Source: Sedimentisphaerales bacterium
GTDB taxonomy: Bacteria; Planctomycetota; Phycisphaerae; Sedimentisphaerales; SM23-30
Direction: 5' to 3'
DNA: 64,000 nucleotides
NCBI GenBank assembly: GCA_016928435.1
Contig: JAFGKT010000060.1
Coordinates: forward strand, 20,870-84,869
The notes below the pieces were generated by a model that did not search any database, was not told the origin of the DNA, and saw only the letters and a list, made by a program, of their open reading frames with translations. The first letter of the stretch is position 1, and each line of letters begins with the position of its first letter. A program made the translations under genes and the position numbers. Positions 18,391 through 27,042 of this stretch are shown here, piece by piece.

Positions 18391-18453
18391 CCCAACCATC
18401 TACCGGGTGGCACCCTTTCGCGCAGCTAAAGGGTGATTAAGCACCAACCACCC
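18391..18453. repeat. hairpin repeat family 1, copy 1
   Basis: Contains the exact 33-mer 'ccgggtggcaccctttcgcgcagctaaagggtg' (stem CACCCTTT/AAAGGGTG, 9-nt loop) plus shared flanks. Confidence 0.85.
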
Positions 18454-18538
18454 TTGTGCCGTTACCATGCCCCTGACAGCTATATTAGCGAATATTAGTG
18501 TCAATTAGTGGTTCTTCTTGCTATAGAATGGATAATGG

Positions 18539-20413
18539 TCATCGCGACCGCACTTCAATCTCAAACGATTGCGCACCATTAAGAACCCAAGGCATCTCCA
18601 CCGTATTCGTTATAATCGGCTGCCAAGGCATAACCGCCTGACGCCGCGATGGATCGTTCAGCAACATTAACTGACTGCCCGGAAGATGCGGCAATTCGTT
18701 GTTCTCAATCGCGATGCCAGGTTGTGGAATCACCATCGCGATATACGCCGCGTTCCGCTGAAAACCCAACCTTCTCTGCATCACGTCATGCAGACTCTCC
18801 AAATCAAAAGCCATCGCGCGGTTCGGTTGAGCGTCCATCATCAGCATAACCGGCACATCCCAAGATCCAACCACAATCGTGTACAACCCGTCCGGCAGTT
18901 CCCCCGGCAACTCCAACGATATACTCTGCTCAAAACTGCTGCCCAGCAAGGGCGCCAATCGTAGTTGCGCCGTCACTGTTTGCCCCGGCCGATAAATCCG
19001 CTGACCAATCGAAGCGGCTTCCAGAAAACAAACATTGTTCTCATGCTGAATCGTAAACTCCGCTGATACATCCGTCAAGTTCACTCGGCCCCAAGGATTG
19101 TTCAGCAGCATATAAAGCGGCTCCAGACAATCAAAGACAAACTCCATCGGTCCCGCCGCGCTGCTGCGGTTCGTAAATTCAATTGGATCAATCGAATCAA
19201 ACTCAAACCTGATATGATAATCAATAGTGTGCTCACGCGGCAACCCGCCCCGACGCAATACCGAAGCCAACAGCGAAATCGTCGCCAACATTGGATCAGC
19301 CAATTCGTCTTGCGCTATCTGTGCGTTTACCGTCTCGTCGAAACCCGTGTTTACCCACCTTACATGAATCCTAACGGGAACCATATTCGCCGTCGCGCCG
19401 ATCTCACCATATACCGCCGACGCTTCATCCGCCAGCAACGCCCCAACAATCTCCAACGGTTCCCCAAGTTTGAACGAAATGTTGGCACGACTCACAAACG
19501 TTATAATCTTACCCGTCGCCATCGGCCAACGCGCCGCACCTTCACCGTTCCATGCATGTCCGAATGCGTAAACTTGATCACCGATAACTTCTGTCACCGT
19601 TCCGAGAATCGCTCCGTTCATGTCTCCCGCGATCAGCGGAACCGTCACTGTCGCCCCGGGCACCAACTCCGCGGCCGGCTCGTCCGGTCCCGCATCGCTG
19701 CCCATACCGCCCCCGATACCCACGTTAACCGCCAGGTCCGGCAAATACTCGTTTATCGCTTCTTGCGCCGCCGGACTAATGTTCGACAAAGTCAAAGGCA
19801 GCGGAAAAGTTGTCAGCCCCTGCGTTGCCTCTGCCCGCTTAGCCAACCCCGAAGCCATCAATGCCGAGCGAACTTGCTCCCGGCTCAACAACTGCGGCCG
19901 CAGCATATTCGTGTATAATTCCGTCCCAAAATGAAAAGCGCCCGGCGTATCAACCGAACTGGTGTTCTGAACCCGCGACGCTTGACGTACTTCCAGCATA
20001 TCCCGGATCGGTGTCACCCCGTATAACGGTTCTTCCCCAAACGACCAACCAAAAGCCATCGCCCCAGCTAATCGCCCGTCGATATAGACCGGAGAACCGC
20101 TTACCCCCTCAACCCCTGCCGCCTGCTCAAACTCCGGGTTATCAACAACCCGAATCATAATCCCCCGTTGGTGCGCCATAAACTGCCGAATTATCCCTAT
20201 AACCTCAATCTCAAACCGTTGAGGCTCCGTACCCTGAAAAACAGTCAACCCGTAACCGCGCATCCCCGCCTCGATCTCGTCAACGTCAATATATCGGCTG
20301 CTGTCAAATGCAACCGTGTATTGCTCGATCGTTTCACCAGGCCCGTCAGCGCCCGCAGACCCAACGAACATAGCGATAGCCAAAAAACATAAATAGCAGG
20401 ATTTGAGTTTCAT
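18539..20413 (-). CDS. secreted SpoIVB-type (peptidase S55-like) serine protease
   Basis: ATG at 20413 gives the signal peptide 'MKLKSCYLCFLAIAMFVGSAGADG'. 'GVSGSPVYIDGRLAGA' resembles the S55 catalytic-Ser motif. The longer ORF (to 20533) runs into repeat DNA. Confidence 0.6.
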   Translation of the reverse strand: MKLKSCYLCFLAIAMFVGSAGADGPGETIEQYTVAFDSSRYIDVDEIEAGMRGYGLTVFQGTEPQRFEIEVIGIIRQFMAHQRGIMIRVVDNPEFEQAAGVEGVSGSPVYIDGRLAGAMAFGWSFGEEPLYGVTPIRDMLEVRQASRVQNTSSVDTPGAFHFGTELYTNMLRPQLLSREQVRSALMASGLAKRAEATQGLTTFPLPLTLSNISPAAQEAINEYLPDLAVNVGIGGGMGSDAGPDEPAAELVPGATVTVPLIAGDMNGAILGTVTEVIGDQVYAFGHAWNGEGAARWPMATGKIITFVSRANISFKLGEPLEIVGALLADEASAVYGEIGATANMVPVRIHVRWVNTGFDETVNAQIAQDELADPMLATISLLASVLRRGGLPREHTIDYHIRFEFDSIDPIEFTNRSSAAGPMEFVFDCLEPLYMLLNNPWGRVNLTDVSAEFTIQHENNVCFLEAASIGQRIYRPGQTVTAQLRLAPLLGSSFEQSISLELPGELPDGLYTIVVGSWDVPVMLMMDAQPNRAMAFDLESLHDVMQRRLGFQRNAAYIAMVIPQPGIAIENNELPHLPGSQLMLLNDPSRRQAVMPWQPIITNTVEMPWVLNGAQSFEIEVRSR

Positions 20414-20520
20414 GAGCGACTTCCTCGCGGATCGTCCGATCCTTTCGTGACAGGTCAAAATCAGCAAATAACACCCCCATTTTAACCGTACCCCCGCCAA
20501 GTGCAAGGCTATTGTAAATC

Positions 20521-20636
20521 CCTCTCCCCCCAATCAGAGCCCTAAGCGTAATCGCGTGGATTCCTCCCTGACCAACCACGTACCGCCGCCATCCTACCGG
20601 CTTACCTGACCACACCGACTCCATTTTATCCTCGCT
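20521..20636. repeat. repeat family 2, copy A
   Basis: Aligns with 21818-21950. Shared blocks are 'aatcagagccc', the exact 20-mer 'ggattcctccctgaccaacc', then '..gtaccgcc.gcatc.taccg.ctta.ctgacc...actccatt'. Confidence 0.8.
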
Positions 20637-20643
20637 CCCGTCT

Positions 20644-20698
20644 CCGGGTGGCACCCTTTCGCGCAGCTAAAGGGTGTTCGAACGCCAACCAAACCTCA
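20644..20698. repeat. hairpin repeat family 1, copy 2
   Basis: Same exact 33-mer; downstream flank 'ttcgaacgccaaccaaacctca' matches copy 3. Confidence 0.85.
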
Positions 20699-20701
20699 CT
20701 G

Positions 20702-20750
20702 CATTCCTGACCAACCACGTATCGCCGGCGTCCTACCGGCTTCCCTGATC
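20702..20750. repeat. repeat family 2, partial copy B
   Basis: 'cattcctgaccaaccacgtatcgccggcgtcctaccggcttccctgatc' matches the central part of copies A and C. Confidence 0.7.
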
Positions 20751-20865
20751 TTTCATCCAGATTGCACTCTCGCCCAATCCCCCGTGCCTAATCACCGCCG
20801 CCAAGCCCATTATCAGATATCCCTTAATTCCTCCCACAATCCTGCCGATGAACTAATAGCGGTTC

Positions 20866-20894
20866 TTGACAAAATGTCCTATAATTGTTAGGAT
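20866..20894 (+). promoter_or_regulatory. sigma70-like promoter upstream of rnc
   Basis: TTGACA (20866-20871), 17-nt spacer, TAGGAT (20889-20894). Confidence 0.4.
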
Positions 20895-20967
20895 ATTGAG
20901 TATCTTCTCGGGCCTCGTTGCCGTCGGTATCGCAATGGGCTCGGCAGAAGTAGTTCGGTTGGTTCTC

Positions 20968-21022
20968 GGCGAAAATGACTTATCCGCGACCAAACCTCGC
21001 TGGCGAGCAAGCCATTTTCGCC
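20968..21022 (+). promoter_or_regulatory. long hairpin in the rnc 5' leader
   Basis: Perfect 10-bp closing stem GGCGAAAATG (20968-20977) / CATTTTCGCC (21013-21022) with further imperfect inner pairing; 20-30 nt before the rnc start. Confidence 0.5.
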
Positions 21023-21051
21023 CTTGACCTGCCCCTGCAAGAGTGAAAATC

Positions 21052-21777
21052 ATGACCATCGATCATTCTTCGCTGGAAGATTGCCAGCAGGTATTAGGCT
21101 ATCATTTCAATAACGTCGATTTGCTTCGACAATCATTGATCCACGCGTCCGTGGCTAGCCAAAGAGCAGCCAGTAATGAGCGTTTGGAGTTCCTCGGCGA
21201 TGCTATCTTGGGTATGGTTATCTGCCACGAACTCTATACCCGCTTCCCTTCTTATCTCGAGGGCGAACTTACCAAGATCAAAAGCATGTTGGTTTCTCGC
21301 CGAACCTGCGCCAAAATCGCCGATGATCTAGGGCTCGGCGATTTCCTGGAAGTCGGTAAAGGCATGGCCGCGCAAAAGAGAATTCCAACTTCCTGTCGTG
21401 CTGCCGCTTTTGAATCCGTAATCGGCGCCATCTATCTTGACGGCGGCGAAAAAGCTGCCTGGGACTTCATCCTCCGCTGCACCATCGATCTCTTGGAACA
21501 AGCCGACGCCAACCAGCATCAGGAAAACTTCAAGAGCATGCTCCAACAATATTCCCAGAGAACCATGGACACCACCCCTGTTTACGAAATCCTCGATGAG
21601 AAAGGCCCCGACCACAGCAAATGCTTCGAGGTCAGAGTTGTTATCGATCATCGACGTTTCGCCAGCGCCTGGGGACCCAGCAAAAAAGAAGCCGAACAGC
21701 TAGCCGCCTATCTCGCACTCCAAGAACTCAACGTCATCCCCGCCGACGATGCCCAAGCCTCCGACACCTCAGTCTAG
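21052..21777 (+). CDS. rnc: ribonuclease III
   Basis: Signature 'ERLEFLGDAILG' and C-terminal dsRBD ('GPDHSKCFEV...GPSKKEAEQLAA'). ATG at 21052; a GTG at 21043 is also possible. Confidence 0.92.
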   Translation: MTIDHSSLEDCQQVLGYHFNNVDLLRQSLIHASVASQRAASNERLEFLGDAILGMVICHELYTRFPSYLEGELTKIKSMLVSRRTCAKIADDLGLGDFLEVGKGMAAQKRIPTSCRAAAFESVIGAIYLDGGEKAAWDFILRCTIDLLEQADANQHQENFKSMLQQYSQRTMDTTPVYEILDEKGPDHSKCFEVRVVIDHRRFASAWGPSKKEAEQLAAYLALQELNVIPADDAQASDTSV

Positions 21778-21817
21778 CCCAGTCGCCTCACAAGCAAAAC
21801 TCCACCTGCATCTCGTC

Positions 21818-21950
21818 TCCTTTCCCCTCAATCAGAGCCCCACGCGGAATATCTACCAGTGCGGTTCGCGCCGCGGGGATTCCTCCCTGACCAACCGTGT
21901 ACCGCCGGCATCTTACCGACTTATCTGACCTCAACAACTCCATTGTACTC
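21818..21950. repeat. repeat family 2, copy C
   Basis: Aligns with 20521-20636 and carries a ~19-nt internal insertion. Confidence 0.8.
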
Positions 21951-22177
21951 TGTGGCTTTGCCTGCACTTTTGGCTGCTTAGCTGGGAGAACCCTAAAAAA
22001 AGTATTGACTGAATCGATATAGTTCGTCATAATCGGCGTTAATGCGAGAAAATCACAGCCTCTTAATAATAGATATAGAAAGCTGCCAAGCGACTGAGGT
22101 ATCGCCCGAATTACTGGGCTCGGGCTTTGCTTTAACGATACAATTCAACTAATCTGTAAACTGCGGAGAACTATTCG

Positions 22178-23677
22178 ATGTTGAAAATGCGCCTCATCTC
22201 ATTGCTGTTAGTAGGTATTTTCGTCAGTGGTTGTTTAGGGCAAGACAGCGGGGGCATAGAGGGTGTGACTGTGTTGTCAGCTCAACCGCTGGGCGGCGTT
22301 ATTACAAGCCCGGCAGATAATCTGGTGGATGGCGATGCCGCTACCAACTTCGAGTGGACCTTTTTTAACGGTGGTGTGGAGATCGTGTTGGACTTGGGCC
22401 GGGCTTGCCGGGTGGACCGAGTGGTTATTACCAACGGCTCGGGCGAGAACCGCTGCATCTGGGCTAATGAAATATGGGTTGGTAACGGCGGGGATCTGGA
22501 TAGGGAGTTTCTGCATCGATCTATTAATCTGGCTACGGTGCCGGGGGGACGCACGGAAATATCGATCGGCCCGGCAGTGGGCCGGTACATAAAGTTAAAG
22601 TTCTTAGGCACCGGTCTTGCCGAAATAGAAGTTATAGGCCGTGAAAATGTTCCCGAAAGGCATCTGTGCGGCTGGGCGACGCGTATGCAGGCAGACTATT
22701 TGGATAAGATCGACTATCTTAGCGATGAGCTGGGCGTAACGGATATCTGGCTGGACTATGTTGAGACAGCTTGGCCGCAGACGAATTTTAATACCGGCTT
22801 GGATTGTTGGGAGGACGCCGGCGCATTTGAAGAATTTGCCCAGCGGGGAATCCGATACTGGCTCGGCGAACATGAGTTTTTCACCTGCTTGGTAAACAGT
22901 CCTCAAGTGCTGGAGGACGACCAGGTGTGGGAGCGATGCCTCATACAAGCCCGACAGGTATATACTAGAGCGCGGGATCTGGGCTTCACCGGCTTGGCTT
23001 GGGATGCTGAAACCTACTCCAATCGGATGGCGTGGCGATATGAGCAGCATTGGGGCCCGGATGGACTCTACTACCAACGAGGCCTGCAGTACGGACGCGT
23101 CATAAAGGAAATCTGGGACTGTGAGATAATCCAACTGTGGGAGGGGCGAGTGTTCGGCAATTTCCCATTGCTGCCCGGTATCCGGTTTGTACCGGAAATC
23201 GAGCAGGAAGATTACTTGCAAGGCAATTATTGGTTTCTCAAAGGCATTCATGATGCCGGCCTTCGAGTTTCCCTGGCCATGGAAATCACTTATGGCGCCG
23301 GCAATAGCGAAATGCCCCCCAGCATAGAAGGCCTAAACCAGCTGAACCGCTGGTTTGAACACATGCCCGACTTCTATGTCGATCTGGCATACAAAGCTTA
23401 TCCTTTCTTGCATCGTGTCCTGCCCGGTTTCCATCCTTGGAATTGCCGAACCCAAAGGGCCAATTATCTCCCGCAGTATTTAGACGAGCAATTGACTATT
23501 GCTCAACAAATTACCGATGCCTATTGGATCTACACCGAAGGTACACCTCAGGCCGGCGACCCGCGCGATACGCTCGACGCTGAAATACTATCTGAGTATG
23601 ATGTGACAGCTCAGGACTACATAGATGTCTTTGAGCAGCACCCAACCCCGCGTTCAATCGAACAAGGCCAAAGATAA
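22178..23677 (+). CDS. lipoprotein with N-terminal F5/8 type C (discoidin)-like domain and an uncharacterised ~330-aa C-terminal domain (paralogue A)
   Basis: Lipobox 'FVSGC'. 'NLVDGDAATNFEW' is a discoidin-like start. Long identical runs with ORF 34174..35700, e.g. 'DYLDKIDYLSDELGVTDIWLDYVETAWPQTN' and 'GIRYWLGEHEFFTCLV'. Confidence 0.7.
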   Translation: MLKMRLISLLLVGIFVSGCLGQDSGGIEGVTVLSAQPLGGVITSPADNLVDGDAATNFEWTFFNGGVEIVLDLGRACRVDRVVITNGSGENRCIWANEIWVGNGGDLDREFLHRSINLATVPGGRTEISIGPAVGRYIKLKFLGTGLAEIEVIGRENVPERHLCGWATRMQADYLDKIDYLSDELGVTDIWLDYVETAWPQTNFNTGLDCWEDAGAFEEFAQRGIRYWLGEHEFFTCLVNSPQVLEDDQVWERCLIQARQVYTRARDLGFTGLAWDAETYSNRMAWRYEQHWGPDGLYYQRGLQYGRVIKEIWDCEIIQLWEGRVFGNFPLLPGIRFVPEIEQEDYLQGNYWFLKGIHDAGLRVSLAMEITYGAGNSEMPPSIEGLNQLNRWFEHMPDFYVDLAYKAYPFLHRVLPGFHPWNCRTQRANYLPQYLDEQLTIAQQITDAYWIYTEGTPQAGDPRDTLDAEILSEYDVTAQDYIDVFEQHPTPRSIEQGQR

Positions 23678-23743
23678 GATTTGGTTTGGAACGCATAAAA
23701 TAAGCGATTGTGCCAACTGTATCCTCTTATCCCGGAGTTTGGA

Positions 23744-24463
23744 ATGGACCAAAATACTAATCAGAAACGAGCCATCGTCACCGGTGCCGCCAGCGGTATC
23801 GGCCGGGCCATCGCAACGCTGCTGGCCGAAAACGATTGGACCGTTCTTGCGGTAGATTTGCATGGCGACGGACTGAATACCTTGGCCAAAGAATCCAATA
23901 ACCGCATCATCCCCTGTCAGTGCGATCTCACTGCCAACGATGCCCCCCAGAAGATTATGACATGCGCGCAGGACAAAATGCAAGGCCTCGACCTTCTGGT
24001 AAACAACGCCGGCATCAGTTATCTGGGTGAGTTCGCCGGCATGCCTACCGAGAAAATCGATCAGGTACTCAATCTAAACCTGCGCAGCCTAATGACGATG
24101 TGCCATGCCGCGATACCGCTGTTGAAGAAATCACCGCGAGGCCAGATCGTCAACATCGGCTCTCTGGCTGCTCATTACCCCATGCAGACTATCGCTGTGT
24201 ACTGCGCCACCAAAGCCGCCGTTGTGGTCTTTAGCAGAGTCCTCGCTAAAGAACTCGGCCCGCACGGTATCCGCGTCAACGTCCTCTCGCCCACCGGCAC
24301 CAATACTAACTTGTTCAAATCAGTCGGCTCCGATATCGACACCTCGCAACTTGTTCCCCCTGCCGATCAAGCTCAAATTGTACTGGAACTCACCAAACTC
24401 CCGGAATCACTTGACGTCTGTGAAATAATAACCGACAAACGCTACGATCCACTTGTCTTGTAG
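23744..24463 (+). CDS. SDR-family oxidoreductase
   Basis: ATG at 23744 gives 'MDQNTNQKRAIVTGAASGIGRA'. 'NNAG' and catalytic 'YCATK' are present. Confidence 0.85.
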   Translation: MDQNTNQKRAIVTGAASGIGRAIATLLAENDWTVLAVDLHGDGLNTLAKESNNRIIPCQCDLTANDAPQKIMTCAQDKMQGLDLLVNNAGISYLGEFAGMPTEKIDQVLNLNLRSLMTMCHAAIPLLKKSPRGQIVNIGSLAAHYPMQTIAVYCATKAAVVVFSRVLAKELGPHGIRVNVLSPTGTNTNLFKSVGSDIDTSQLVPPADQAQIVLELTKLPESLDVCEIITDKRYDPLVL

Positions 24464-24541
24464 CAAACCAATAAATGCGGAATAGGCCCAGCCGGCGAAA
24501 AATCCCTGACTCTTTGGTCACGACCAGATCGCCTTATGATT

Positions 24542-27019
24542 TTAGTGCCCGAATGTGAGGGTGTAAACGGTTTGTGGTTTCGTGGCAAAACCAACCGTGT
24601 TATCCGCATCCAAAGTGAGCTGTCGAGATTCATCATTCTCTGTGAGCGTGAAGGTCTTCTGGCCGGTCATTATCTTGAGCTTACAGTCTTCGCCGCGCAG
24701 CGAGAGAATCTTCAGTTTCGTGATCTTCTCGCCATCCCAATGGATATCAACGGTATGGCCGGTTCTCGTCAGCAGACCGCTCACGTACCCGGTCGGCCAC
24801 TCTGCGGGAAGTGCCGGGAGTATCCGGATAAGGTCCTGGTGGTCCTGCAGCAGCATCTGGGTTACAGCGGACATTAGGCCGAAAGACGCCTCGATCTGAA
24901 AAACCCGCCGATCGCCGAACCACGGCAAGCCGCTCCCCGGTCGCCAGTCGCACAGGCAAAGCAGAAGGTTTCCTATGGAATGATTGATGATCAGCTCGTT
25001 GATCTTGGCTAATGATTTCTCGCCTTGATACAGACGGGCAAAAATGTAAGCATCGCAGGTAAGATCGAGCGTGCAACTTCCGACGCCTTGGTGGCTCAGA
25101 CGCAGTTCGATTGCTTTTGCCACACCTTCAGCATATGCCGCCGTTTCTTCGACCGAAATCCTTGTACCCGGGCAGATACCCACAAGGTGCGATCGATGCC
25201 GGTGCCCCGGGTCTAGCGTAGCATAATCCTGTTCGAGCCATTCCAGAAGTCGCCCCTCAGAGTTGATCGTGGGCAGGGGAATTTTATCGAGCATTTCAGG
25301 CCAAATCTTACGGTCGGCATCGTCAAGATTCAGTATGTCATGTGCTTCAATGGTGTTCTCCAACAGTTCGCGTATGAGTTCTAAGTCAAAGGCAGAAGGG
25401 GCTGACAGTGCCGATGGAATCACACGGCCTTGCGGGAAATTCTCCGGCGAATGGCTCGGGGCCGGCACAAGCCTGCCTTGTGAATCCTCGACCAGAAAGT
25501 GCTGATAGAATCTGCTTATCTCGCGAAGTACCGGATAGATTCTGTCTCTCAGCAGGTCCGTGTCGCGGCAGTATTGCCAGAACTGGTACAGGCTCTGCGC
25601 GAGCCAGGCATTACAGCCCGTCCCAAGCATCGCAAGTTGACAGTAATTGCCGATATTTTCTACATCGCATACGCCCGAATAGCACGCGCCAGGAAGGCCG
25701 TAGATATCAGCCGCGACTATTTCGGCCTGAGGTAGTAGCGAATAAGCCCAATCGATAAGCGGTCGGCCTAACTCAGCGAGATTGACCATGCCCAGACCCC
25801 AATAGCACATCTGCAGGTTAAGGTCCAAATGATAATCGCAGTCCCAGGCCGGCCGGGGGTCTTCATTCCAGATTCCCTGCAGGTTCATAGGCGCTTTTAA
25901 CGGCATCTCAGGCCCAGCCGGGCGACCAGCCGCAATGGCCAGATAACGCGCCAAGTCAAAGGCGCCCTCGACAAGTTTGGGATCATCGACGGACTTCTGC
26001 TCATAGCAATCGGCTATCCGTCGCGGATGCGGTACGGCAGCATGTGAATCCCCAGCCCCGCCAATCTGCAGTTCAACACGGTTATAGAGCGACTGATGGT
26101 CCTCGATATGCTGTTGCTTCAGGGTTTCATAGTCAACTGATGATAGCTTGTCCAGATGACCACGGCAGTAATCCGCCAGGTCATCGTCCGTCTCGCGATC
26201 TGTCGCCATTTTAACCAACAGCGTCACACTGTCCGCCGAATCTACACACGTTGAAATCCCGGCAGGTACTTCAGGATGGACACAATCGCGAAAGCCAAAG
26301 GCAAAGCCGTCAAGAAATTTTGGCGGTTCAGGTGCTGCCGGCGGCATATAGTCAGTAATGCCCGATGTTAGCCGCCCGCCGGTTTGTATAACGCGAACAA
26401 CCGCTGCGAATTTCACTCCTTCTTCAAACTTCCCGGTAAGGGTCAGTTCGTCCAATGATGATTCAGCCGTCACGCTGCATTCACGATCCGGCATGCGGTA
26501 CAGCGAAAACTCACCACTCACCGCGGCGACCTCACTTGCACTTAATCGGATGACGATAACGTTGTGAGGAAATGAAGCGAAATATTCACGTTTGAAATCA
26601 ATGTCACCAACATGGTAGTCTGTCGTTACCACCGCCTCGGAGAGATCGAGCCTGCGACGGCAACTGTCAACCGGCTTGTCTGAACGTAAGTCCGGATAGA
26701 TGCCGATATCCGCCAGCGGAACAAACGGATTGACGTATAAACCAAAACCCGATCGCTGAATTTCCGGTGCCACAAGCGCCGATGCCTCATCCCATTTCTG
26801 CTCAAGGCACAACTGTTGAAACCGCTTGAATTTGGCGGCTAAATTGCGTTTGGGATATTTCCAGTAGCGTCGCCATAGGCGGTCGTGATTCAAAGCCACG
26901 CGATCTTTCAGCGGGTCACCGCTAATCATCGCAGCGAGTCGGCCGTTGCCAATAGGGTAACCTTCCGCGTAAATGTCAGCGGGTGCGTCGGAAAAGATTT
27001 GATGAGAGTGCTGATTCAT
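24542..27019 (-). CDS. glycoside hydrolase family 95-like (alpha-L-fucosidase type)
   Basis: ~825 aa. N-terminal 'YPIGNGRLAAMISG' is typical of GH95. ATG at 27019 has a GAGG 8 nt upstream. The alternative TTG at 27046 would overlap the upstream stop. Confidence 0.75.
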   Translation of the reverse strand: MNQHSHQIFSDAPADIYAEGYPIGNGRLAAMISGDPLKDRVALNHDRLWRRYWKYPKRNLAAKFKRFQQLCLEQKWDEASALVAPEIQRSGFGLYVNPFVPLADIGIYPDLRSDKPVDSCRRRLDLSEAVVTTDYHVGDIDFKREYFASFPHNVIVIRLSASEVAAVSGEFSLYRMPDRECSVTAESSLDELTLTGKFEEGVKFAAVVRVIQTGGRLTSGITDYMPPAAPEPPKFLDGFAFGFRDCVHPEVPAGISTCVDSADSVTLLVKMATDRETDDDLADYCRGHLDKLSSVDYETLKQQHIEDHQSLYNRVELQIGGAGDSHAAVPHPRRIADCYEQKSVDDPKLVEGAFDLARYLAIAAGRPAGPEMPLKAPMNLQGIWNEDPRPAWDCDYHLDLNLQMCYWGLGMVNLAELGRPLIDWAYSLLPQAEIVAADIYGLPGACYSGVCDVENIGNYCQLAMLGTGCNAWLAQSLYQFWQYCRDTDLLRDRIYPVLREISRFYQHFLVEDSQGRLVPAPSHSPENFPQGRVIPSALSAPSAFDLELIRELLENTIEAHDILNLDDADRKIWPEMLDKIPLPTINSEGRLLEWLEQDYATLDPGHRHRSHLVGICPGTRISVEETAAYAEGVAKAIELRLSHQGVGSCTLDLTCDAYIFARLYQGEKSLAKINELIINHSIGNLLLCLCDWRPGSGLPWFGDRRVFQIEASFGLMSAVTQMLLQDHQDLIRILPALPAEWPTGYVSGLLTRTGHTVDIHWDGEKITKLKILSLRGEDCKLKIMTGQKTFTLTENDESRQLTLDADNTVGFATKPQTVYTLTFGH

Positions 27020-27042
27020 TGCGTTTGCCTCAAATACCGTTA

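Noticed and set aside
20414-20533. A 40-codon N-terminal extension of the S55 peptidase ORF.
   Set aside because: The extension precedes a perfectly good signal peptide that starts at the ATG at 20413. It also abuts repeat DNA.
20346-20654. Minus-strand ORFs 20346..20654 and 21788..22030 share a peptide ('RRY.VGQGGI...').
   Set aside because: The shared peptide arises because both ORFs read through copies of repeat family 2. They have no SD, differ in length and frame context, and overlap better-explained features.
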